This document shows positions 54,178 to 64,000 of a stretch of 64,000 bases of DNA, one piece after another; the stretch's first letter is position 1, and the number at the start of each line of letters is the position of its first letter. This stretch comes from Octopus sinensis (taxonomy: Eukaryota): NCBI RefSeq assembly GCF_006345805.1, contig NC_042997.1, forward strand, positions 60,202,001-60,266,000. Direction: 5' to 3'. The notes under the pieces were generated by a model. It saw only the letters and a program-made list of their open reading frames with translations. It made no database searches and had not been told where the DNA came from. The position numbers were made by a program, and so were the translations under genes.

Positions 54178-56230
54178 ATTATATAACAAATATATTATAC
54201 TCTAACAGCAGTTATAGGTCTTGCAATAGTTAAGTAGACCCATATTATATGTATTCATGTATACATACAAATATACATTTATTATATATATATACATACC
54301 AATTAACTTACTTTTATGTATCTGTTTCCATCTTTTGTTTCCTGTATTTCCTGTCTTGTAGTTAATACTTACGCACATAATTGCATAAAAACACACAAGC
54401 AAGCATAATTGCATAAATACATGTCAACGCATTACTGCACAAATGATTTCGACAACAGAACTACACAAAGAACATGCATCAATGCTAACATGTTTACATG
54501 CATCAATAAATACGCATGATATTCGCCTGGTTTATTAAACACACTTGTCTTGTAAAGAGTTAGACCACCCAATGTATGAACAGAATATTGTAACTGTTAG
54601 ACATGTCCCTCGGGTATATTAAAATATTCTGATTCAGGATTACGCAACGAAATGAATGGTATTTTTTCATGCTGCTGCGAACTAAATTTTCTATCTCATA
54701 ACTATGAAGATATTGCCTTCCGTTAAGATCCAAGAACTGTATTTTATCAGTTGTAATAATATTTATGGACAACTTATCTTCGAGTGAACGTTCAAGAGTA
54801 TCTTTTACCACATCTTACCATGAATATTCAATTTGATTATTGAATGGCTTTCGTGTAACTTTAGTGGAGGACCACATTTCTGACTTTAGAACATCTTATT
54901 AGGTGTGGACGCCCTGAGAAGTTTGTGTCTGTAATCCTTCTTCCTCAAGGCGAGTAACGAAATATAGATTATATTTCGAGAATCATTAATTTTACTTAGT
55001 AATCAATAAGTTGTGTTCATTTATATCTACAGAACAGATATAAAGCTCGACGTTTAAAATATAGTAATATATAAATATATAAACAACATATAAAAATATA
55101 TAAATATATAAGAGAATCAATGTTGCATATATAACACCTTGAATTTACGCTTAAACTCGTAAAACATTTGGTATAAATTTGTTAAATTAAAAGTTTGGGG
55201 TAATAAAACATACAAGGACATATTAAAATGACGAATTAAAATTCCAGAGAAAAATACTGTACTTGAATCCTCTCAAAACGAATTGAATCTCTGGTCTGTG
55301 GCCTACATGGACTCGGCGTTGTGTAAAGAGCTTTCCCAGGACGCTATCACGCAGGAAATCCGACGTATAAATAAAACACATATACTGTGTATGTGCGTTT
55401 GATAATGCTTATATTACTAGAGCTGCTTTTAATTCGATATATATATATTTATATAAAACACGACCAACATTAACTTCTGGTTTCAAATCAGTGCTGATGC
55501 TACTGCAAGAGACGCTCTTGTCTTGTATCAGTTAAAAACATCGGTTATTACATCGCATATCAAATAGGAACATGGTACTGAAAAGCGTTTGGTGTACAAA
55601 TTTCACACTTCATATTGACGTATATACTTAAATATTTTTACCCTCACCTATTGTGTAACACTCCTCTTTCAATCTATCTTCACAAAAAACGTTTTATTCT
55701 TAACCATAAAATTATAGCTAGATTGCCTAGATGCACAATGAAGCTTTTTTAATATATAATGTTTTGAAGTTTGATTTTTTGACACCACAATTTGTAGCTT
55801 GTTTCATGTCGAATGTGGTAAACATAGAGATAAACACTTAGTAACCAAATCCATGAAACAGTTTTAATTCGTAATTGAAAGAAATTCATTACTCTTATGC
55901 TATAAATAGCGCTTCTCGCATACCCATACATTCTCGTTCCTGCAATAAATAGACTTTGAACCTAGTAAAAAGATCTGAATATTTATTGCTATCAAAATAT
56001 AACAAAATAAACGTTACTACCTTTTTTCCACTTCAAGATACATTTAATAAATGCTGATGCTGAGAATGAGGGTTGCAATGTCTGTGCTCGAACTGATAAA
56101 TAGTTCACAACTCGTTTGTATTTGTTTTTATAGTAGTTTTATTTTAGATATAACGTTGATATTCGGTTCTGATGTTTCATCTAACATTCAGAGGATTTAT
56201 GAGTAACCGTACAATCATAAAGAAGAGTCT

Positions 56231-56605
56231 ATCCATCCATCCATTTTCAACCCCCGTTGTTCCTAGATAGGCCATGGGTGTTGAGTTCACAGGTGTCTCC
56301 TCCACAGGGTTCAATCAGAAACAGCCACCGTTAGATTTTCCGCCAAGATTTCCAAGCGTGACCAACTGAGATTATAGATATTATCCAACCACTGTGTTCT
56401 TCGTTTATCCCTAGGTCTCCAACTGATTGGTACGGCTTGAAGAGTCCATCTTGTGATTCTTTCCTGCCGCATTATAATCATAATTCCGTAGTATCAGCGC
56501 TGTGACCGCTGAATGTGGAGGATTAACTGTTCGACCTGGAAAGACTCCTTGATTTCCGAGCTACGCGCCCTGTCGAGAAACATTACTCCAGACAGGGAGG
56601 AATCC
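56231..56605 (-). mobile_element. Rex3-like RTE 3' fragment
   Basis: Minus translation FLDRARSSEIKESFQVEQLILHIQRSQR, ending in an AAAATGGATGGATGGAT tail. Confidence 0.75.
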
Positions 56606-57414
56606 ATTTCTGTTGCTTGTATTCACAATCGTACTCTTTCGGTCATTACTCAACATTCATGACCATAGGGATGGAAATAGGCACAATGGGTCTGGAAAAT
56701 GCTAAAATGCTGCTGTTTGCTGTAGCATATGTTGTACTAAAGCAATTTTTTGATATTAAAAACAATACAAAATATACAAAAAGCCACCCACCACCGTTGT
56801 CATAGTCTGTGCAATTAACTTTTACTGCAACAAACGCGCACTGCCTCCATCTTAAGTGCGTTTGCATTCGTTTTAACGAAATTTCACCATCAATGAACAG
56901 ACCTTCTCCGTTAGATCGAACGTACATGCCATTTCCTTTCTTGCTGCTCCAATACATTAACTTTTCTCTTGAACTTTGCAAATTTATAAATTCACATATC
57001 TCGAGGCATTTCTTTCATTAACTAGCAATATGTACGTCTAATTAATTTACCTTTACATTAAATAATCTTGTCTGTATTATGCTTATGTTTACATAAAGAT
57101 ATTATCTGATAGTAAATTCTTACTTCGAGATTTAGTTTATTTACAAATACGCACAAACATACATACTCATACATACATTCACACGCTAACTACACACAAC
57201 TAGATAGATGAATTCATAAACTATCATTTTTCTAATTGCTTATTCGTAAGTTTTGTAATTAGTTACTACACGAAAACACACGCACGCACTTATTTCACAT
57301 AGGTTCATAATAGATGTTATACTTGAAAATATATTTAAATATAGTATGGATATGAATTTATAAACACGCACATACACAAGGACAAACGTATATACATATA
57401 CATATATATAATAT

Positions 57415-57496
<82 letters not shown>

Positions 57497-57565
57497 GCAT
57501 ATATATATATATATATAATATTTATATACAGTAATATATATTAATAAAAGAAGATATATATCTAA

Positions 57566-57624
<59 letters not shown>

Positions 57625-57629
57625 ATATA

Positions 57630-57881
57630 TATTAACAGTTATCACCAAGCTAATGTGGCAGTCCATAAATATAGGACGGAAGCTGCCGTTGATTAGCTCC
57701 AAGAGGCCATCGCCTCTAGCTCGCTATATGACACACGAACCTGTGGCCCTTATAACCTTCGAACAGGGGAGGTCAGCCGCTTCCCTTTGCTGTCAGACTT
57801 CTGCAGACATGTTTCAGGGTAGTTGCCCTTTATCAATGCAGAGCAGCCGAACCCATATTAGCTTGGTGATAACTGTTAATA
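57630..57881. mobile_element. ~250-bp element with 29-bp terminal inverted repeats carrying a hammerhead
   Basis: TATTAACAGTTATCACCAAGCTAAT(G/A)TGG at 57630-57658 and inverted at 57853-57881; (TA)n on the left. Confidence 0.88.
57800..57842 (-). ncRNA. Structurally perfect minimal type I hammerhead with U3:A8 core
   Basis: UCUGCA-UUGAUAA-AGGG-CAACUA-CCCU-GAAAC-AU-GUC^-UGCAGA. Stem I has 6 bp, stem II has 4 bp, and stem III is the palindrome ACAUGU. Confidence 0.88.
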
Positions 57882-57929
57882 GCCAGTACCTCTGCCGTAG
57901 TCTCCTTTAGAGAGACTTAGAAATAATAA

Positions 57930-57992
<63 letters not shown>

Positions 57993-58310
57993 ATGTATGT
58001 ATATATATATATACATACATACTTACAGACATACACATACTTTTACATATATACACATATATATACATATACATAGATATTACCTTTACGTATTACTATT
58101 CATGTACATATGTGTATACATATATAAATTTATAATTATAATTATAATTAAGTGTACCAGATAGTACCAGCGTTGTTAGAAATGACAGTCGAAAAATACT
58201 CAAATAAGCCATAATATCACTGAAAATTTCACATGCTGACCAAATTGAGGAACTAGTAAAATGCCACGCTACCATTGCGGGAGAAAGACGCAATTGAATT
58301 TACAGATATA

Positions 58311-58363
58311 CCATTTCACGTGATTTCGAACTCTGAGATAATACACTAAGTCCTCATCAGTGG
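58311..58363 (-). ncRNA. Type I hammerhead with U16.1-to-A substitution
   Basis: CCA-CUGAUGA-GGAC...GUUC-GAAA-UCACGUGA-AA-UGG; the palindrome UCACGUGA lies in stem III. Confidence 0.7.
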
Positions 58364-58454
58364 GTCTCACTGCCTGGGTTTAAACTAAAAACCGCTCCGA
58401 CATGCTTGTTAAAATCATTGAAAGACTAGCGCGAAATTCAAACGATAGAAATGT

Positions 58455-58529
58455 ATTATTATGCATAAATAAAGATATTATTATGCATAAATAAAGATAT
58501 TATTATGCATAAATAAAGATATTATTATG
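58455..58529. repeat. 22-bp tandem repeat (ATTATTATGCATAAATAAAGAT) x3 plus partial
   Basis: Read directly from the sequence. Confidence 0.9.
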
Positions 58530-58546
58530 AATAAATAATAATAATA

Positions 58547-58601
<55 letters not shown>

Positions 58602-58602
<1 letters not shown>

Positions 58603-59041
58603 TGCTCAATACCACAGATTTGCTTGTCAGTTGTTTGACCTTAACCAGTTGAGCATGTCCCTTAGTGGCTGACGATGTGTGCATCTCTGATCACGAGCAG
58701 AAGTAGTGGGGGAGCATCATAGCCATGTGTTGGGAGGGATTCTTTGGGGTTTGAATAATTCACCTTTGGAAATAGGGTGGTTCTTTCAACATCCTTAAAC
58801 AACCCTTATTCCGGGACCATTTGAGCGGATTGGGCTACTCAACCTGAAGAAAATTCTAACTGGGCCCCACCTGCAAGTTCATGTGCTGTTTGTCTTGATA
58901 TGAGATCACCATGTCGCGCACATATGGTTGTGATGCATGTGCCTGGTGTACCCTTATCAGACGGGTAGTCATGATGGGTATATTGGGCTTCGTATATTTT
59001 ACCCCAGTGTCACTTTGATGGCATGAACTGCTCTCTCACTC
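58602..59041 (+). mobile_element. ~440-bp interspersed repeat embedded in (AAT)n
   Basis: (AAT)n on both sides; second copy at 9120-9450 on the minus strand. No tRNA A/B box is recognisable. Confidence 0.85.
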
Positions 59042-59173
59042 AATAATAATAATAATAATAATATAAGTGTCTAGCAAGCATAAAAACCAAAAAGGTAAAT
59101 TTATAATTTATAATAATAATTATAATTAAGGGTACCAGATATTACCAGTGTTGGTAATATATATATATATAAG

Positions 59174-59380
59174 AATAATATTTTTTATAAGATTAAAGAT
59201 CATAAACAATCACCGTTCATTGACTCAGTTAAGTAGTCTAATATTGGGGCATTTAAGGGGTTTGCCGTACGCATGGGACGGCAAACCCCACTTTTTTTTC
59301 TGTTGCGGGCTTACATGCTCCAATATTAGACTATTTAACTTCAATGTATGGTGATAGCTTATAAGTTATAAAATATTATT
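59174..59380. repeat. Imperfect foldback/MITE-like element with central GC hairpin
   Basis: AATAATATTTT/AAAATATTATT ends, GTTAAGTAGTCTAATATTGGGGCAT matched inverted, and a 12-bp stem GGGGTTTGCCGT/ACGGCAAACCCC at 59257-59289. Confidence 0.75.
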
Positions 59381-59460
59381 ATTATTATTTGTAAATTGTA
59401 AAATTCAGCACCACTTGCCAAATAATCGCAGAAAACAAGTATATATATGTGTGTGTGTGT

Positions 59461-59772
59461 GTGGAGGTGCGTGGCTTAGTGGTTAGGGCATTCGGCTCAC
59501 GATTATAAGGTCAATTCCCGGCGACGCGTTGTGTCCTTGAGCAAGCCACTTTATTTCACGTTGCTCCAGTTCACTCAGCTGGCAAAAATGAGTTGTATCC
59601 GTATTTCAAGGGACCGGTTTTGTCACACTGTGTCACGCTGAATCTCCCTGAGAACTACGTTAGCGGTACACGTGTCTGTGGATTGCTCAGTCACTTGGAC
59701 GTTAGTTTCACGAGCAAGCTGTTCCGTTGATCGTATCAGCTGGGACCCTCGTCATCGTAACCGACGGAGTGC
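59461..59772 (+). mobile_element. tRNA-derived SINE
   Basis: GTGGAGGTGCGTGGCTTAGTGGTTAGGGCATTCGG head and the tail CCCTCGTCATCGTAACCGACGGAGTGC shared with 48491-48878. Confidence 0.85.
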
Positions 59773-59813
59773 TATTAATAATAATAATAATAATGATAAT
59801 AATAATAATAATA

Positions 59814-59849
<36 letters not shown>

Positions 59850-60356
59850 GATGTGTATATATATGCAAATATGTGCATATATATACACATACATATATAT
59901 ATCGGCAATACATAAACGTACACATTCGCACATATGAGAATTCGGAGTGGCTCTGGTAGGAAGTATATGAATAGATATAAGTAGGTGAATGTAATGTTGC
60001 GATTTAGTGTAAGCATCTGCGTGCACACGTGTGTGTTTATACACTTTTTTAGGCGTATGTATATGCTTACGTGCTTCCATATGTTAGTGAGTGCGTGTAT
60101 ATGAGTGTGTATGCCGTGTGTGTGCATATGCATGTGTGTGTGTGTGTGTGTGTCTGTGTGGTGTCTGTGTGGTGTGTGTGTGTGTGTGGTGTGGTGTGTG
60201 TGTATGTGTGTGACTGAGTACAGGAGACAAGAGACGACAGTAAAAGATACTAACGTGCTGACAAATCATTTTCTTTCATCTCTACGATGTCGCATGTAAA
60301 TCTAGCTGCGGTTGTATGTGTCACTGTATTTTCATAAGCCCACTCCATTTCTACCC

Positions 60357-60399
<43 letters not shown>

Positions 60400-61438
60400 T
60401 TTGGATAGAAATGGGGTGAGCTTATAAAAATATATACATATATATATATATAATATATATATATATATATACAGGCACATATATATTCGTGTGTGTCTGT
60501 GCATGCGTACGTGTGCGTATATGTATACATGTATGTACGTATGCTGTATGTATGAATATACGTTCGTACATTATTTCTGTATGTATCTGTATAATTATGT
60601 GTGTATGTATGTCAGTCAAAAGTCATTGAAACGGCTAAGCAAGGAAATATATTTTTAGATTTCGGCATAACTTCTATTTAGCCCACGACTGAAAAAAAAC
60701 ACTTCTCTCACACATACACGCATACACAAATAGACATACGCACACAGACACACACTCCTTCAGTGTAAGAGTAGAAAAAAAGTCATTTTGAAGCTAAAAG
60801 ACAACTAAAACGTCCCACCCAAATATGGATGAAAAGTCAACGCAGAGAACGATGAAACTATAATTGCATTCACTTCATCTGATGACTCATATTTCGCCTT
60901 ATGTAATTCCGTCCCTCACCTCCACTTTGCTGTTTACAGCCTGTATGAGTTTTTAAAAAAGTATATATGTTCAACATATGTTTAGCCTTTTATTTTAATC
61001 TGTTAATGTCTATATGAATGTATGCATGTTTGTATGTATGTATTATTGGGTCGACTTCCATCATATGTACACATATAATGCAAATTATATATTTATACAC
61101 ATTATTATTATATATACACTTGTGTGTGTATACATATGTATACAGACATATATATATATATGTGTACATATGTATGTGCATGTGTGTGTGCAACACATGA
61201 AAGTACTAGTTTATTTCAATATTGTAAAATTGTAAAAATTGTAAATAATAACACGTGAAAATCAGACTAAGATGGAATTTCATTGATTAACACAGACACG
61301 CTCATATATATATATATACATACATACATACATACATACATACATGCATACGTACATACATACATCCATACATCCATACATACATACATCCATACATCCA
61401 TACATACATATATATATACACACACTCACACACACACA

Positions 61439-61493
<55 letters not shown>

Positions 61494-62088
61494 GCATATA
61501 TGGGTACAGGACGTCACCAACAGTAAACAACATGAAGTACGAAAACAAATGAGTTCAATACGCAAACAATGAGAGAAACAAATGGCAACGGGACAAGTGA
61601 CATAAAGTACGACCCTTCATCAGTTTTTGGCTGTCTATCTACTCTTCATTTCGAGCACTGAACGACAGTATGAGTCTTCGAAGACAGTTGCTCCCATAAG
61701 TACCAAAATAAAATTTTGGATTTATGGAGGGTCAAAGTTGGGAACAAAAACAGGACAATGGAAAGATACAAGGACACCGAACGAAAACATGGAGGATCGT
61801 TAGACCAGAACGAGGGTAAAATAGCGAACGCTGGAGAAATATTTTTGACAAGAGAAAAGATAGAGGAGAGATAGGATACGTCCAGTCCTTAGGACAGTCC
61901 TGAAAGAAAAGAAAGATGATCACTTGAGGATAAGAAAGATGGACGATGGTCACGTGTAAGCAACGAGAGAAATTAAAGGAGAAAGAAGGGGAGAGACAAA
62001 TAGAAAACGGTAAAGGGGGAAAAAGGGGAATTAGAGAAAGGATGAGAAAGAAAACGATGGGGGAGAAAACAGTATAGAGAAGAGTCGC

Positions 62089-62130
<42 letters not shown>

Positions 62131-62165
62131 ATGTATGTATGTGTGTGTGTGTGCGTGTAGAAATA

Positions 62166-62189
<24 letters not shown>

Positions 62190-62197
<8 letters not shown>

Positions 62198-63267
62198 AGG
62201 TGGAAAGGAACACACGAGTTGATATATATGAAAAAACAAGTCAAAAATAGAAAATGCTAAGATGATTTTATAGTGAATCTTTCAGTACCGGTTTCGGTCA
62301 TTTTGAGACCTTTTCAACTGTAACGATTAAATAATTAAATTTAGAAAAATTAGAAGAAAAGTTTTTTTAAAAGAATATTTCTGTAGTAGTGTTCAGATAT
62401 AAGTAGCATTCTGCCTTTCTCTGACTCCCTTGTTTGCACTTGTGTGTTCGAGGTCGTTTTGAGTTCTTGGTAGGATAGGTGAAGAATAATGAGGCTGATG
62501 TGGAGAGGGGGTGGGGAAATCTGGGAATGCCTTAATGGTCGTATTTTGAATGGTCAGTGGTTGACAGTAGTCGCAGTTCAATTCAGGAATTGTTTATGGA
62601 ATTTGCGTAGGCGTTATACTGAAAGACATTAGTGACAAGGTTAAGGGGTGGAAGGTGGAGAAGTAGAAGAAGAAGAAGATGACGATGTTGATGATGATGA
62701 TGATGATGAAGAAGAAGAAGAAGAAGAAGGAGAAGAAGATGGTGGTGATGATGGTGGTGATGATGATGACGACGATGATGATGATAATGATGATGATGAA
62801 GAAGAAGAGGAAGAAGAAGAAGAAGAAAAAGACTGAGAAGGGAGAATATGAATGGGTGTAAGTGATGGGGCTGATAAGTAATGGATTCTATGGAGTGTAA
62901 TATTTGTGTGTGTATATATTTCTTTTATTCTAAAGTTGAGGTATATTAATTGTTTGTCGTAGACCCGTTAAGAAGTGGCTTATATTTTGTAATAAAGATA
63001 TTTTCTTTACTTATTCGTTGTCTCGAGGTTGTATCGTCCCTAAATTGGTAGAGGGGGAAAATTCTGAAGTTTGGTGTTTTTTTGTTGGCGCAAGTATCTA
63101 TGTGTTGGCTAAAAGCTATTTTTCTGTTTTGGGGAATTTTTATCTGGGATCTGTGCAGGACCATTCGTTTACGCAAACCATTTTTTGTTTGGCCTATGTA
63201 CTGCTCTTGACACCCGGAGCAGGTTAGTGAGTATATTAGGTTCTCCGAAGCACATGTGAAGTTGCTT
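62190..63267 (-). mobile_element. Penelope-like element, left arm (GIY-YIG C-terminus, trinucleotide-rich 3' region, hammerhead)
   Basis: ORF 62946-63272 reads FTCASENLIYSLTCSGCQEQYIGQT...RKRM..H...KYKPLLN. The tail runs into (TA)n near 62190. Confidence 0.88.
62281..62323 (-). ncRNA. Minimal type I hammerhead with U3:A8 core
   Basis: CAG-UUGAAAA-GGUC-UCAAAAU-GACC-GAAAC-CG-GUA^-CUG; stem III is the palindrome ACCGGU. Confidence 0.8.
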
Positions 63268-63286
63268 TTCACTGTAAACCGTTGTC

Positions 63287-64000
63287 AAGCAACTTCACAT
63301 GTGCTTCGGAGAACCTAATATACTCACTAACCTGCTCCGGGTGCCAAGAGCAGTACATAGGCCAAACAAAAAATGGTTTGCGTAAACGAATGGCCCTGCA
63401 CAGATCCCAGATAAAAATTCCCCAAAACAGAAAAATAGCTTTTAGCCAACACATAGATACTTGCGCCAACAAAAGAACACCAAACTTCAGAATTTTCCCC
63501 CTCTACCAATTTAGGGACGATACAACCTCGAGACAACGAATAAGTAAAGAAAATATCTTTATTACAAAATACAAGCCACTTCTTAACGGGTCTACGACAA
63601 ACAATTAATATACCTCAACTTTAGAATAAAAGAAATATATACACACACAAATATTACACTCCATAGAATCCATTACCTATCAGCCCCATCACTTACACCC
63701 ATTCATATTCTCCCTTCTCAGTCTTTTTCTTCTTCTTCTTCTTCCTCTTCTTCTTCATCATCATCATTATCATCATCATCGTCGTCATCATCATCACCAC
63801 CATCATCACCACCATCTTCTCCTTCTCCTTCTTCTTCTTCTTCTTCTTCTTCTTCATCATCATCATCATCAACATCGTCATCTTCTTCTTCTTCTACTTC
63901 TCCACCTTCCACCCCTTAACCTTGTCACTAATGTCTTTCAGTATAACGTCTACGCAAATTCCATAAACAATTCCTGAATTGAACTGCGACTACTGTCAGC
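63287..64000 (+). mobile_element. Penelope-like element, right arm (inverted copy, runs off the window)
   Basis: Reverse complement of 62560-63267; 19-bp spacer at 63268-63286; ORF 63282-63608. Confidence 0.9.

Noticed and set aside
54560-54811. 83-aa non-repetitive minus-strand ORF (similar cases at 3228, 5315, 6265 and 44534)
   Set aside because: No recognisable domain or convincing splice context; ORFs of this length arise by chance.
61590-61660. CUGAUGA-AGGG on the minus strand in a repeat-like segment
   Set aside because: No pairing stem II or downstream GAAA.
62648-62861. Highly acidic ORF (and its mirror at 63693-63912)
   Set aside because: Trinucleotide tracts on the antisense strand of the Penelope 3' region; duplicated only because of the palindrome.

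Overview
AT-rich, microsatellite-saturated eukaryotic non-coding DNA. The repeat repertoire resembles octopus/cephalopod genomes; this is inferred from recall, not from a database search. No host protein-coding gene, rRNA, true tRNA or CRISPR array can be supported, and most ORFs in the track are microsatellite artefacts or transposon fragments. LINEs: a near-full-length R4/Dong-type element in an (AAT)n array plus a second fragment, an RTE with three C-terminal C2H2 fingers, Rex3-like RTE remnants and an L1/Tx1-type ORF2 end. DNA transposons: two DD34D mariners (one Hsmar1-like with TIRs and TA TSD) and two DD37D maT-type elements. There are also many tRNA-derived SINEs and several Penelope-like (GIY-YIG) fragments. 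The most striking pattern is about ten type-I hammerhead ribozyme folds, found by hand. Most have a palindromic stem III, and two show U3:A8 core covariation. Several sit in insertions with inverted ends, with arms from about 29 bp to over 700 bp. These include a 250-bp MITE-like element with a structurally perfect hammerhead (57.8 kb) and a 470-bp palindrome with twin hammerheads (45.5-46.0 kb). Folding and alignments were done by eye, and element boundaries are approximate unless TSDs/TIRs are quoted.
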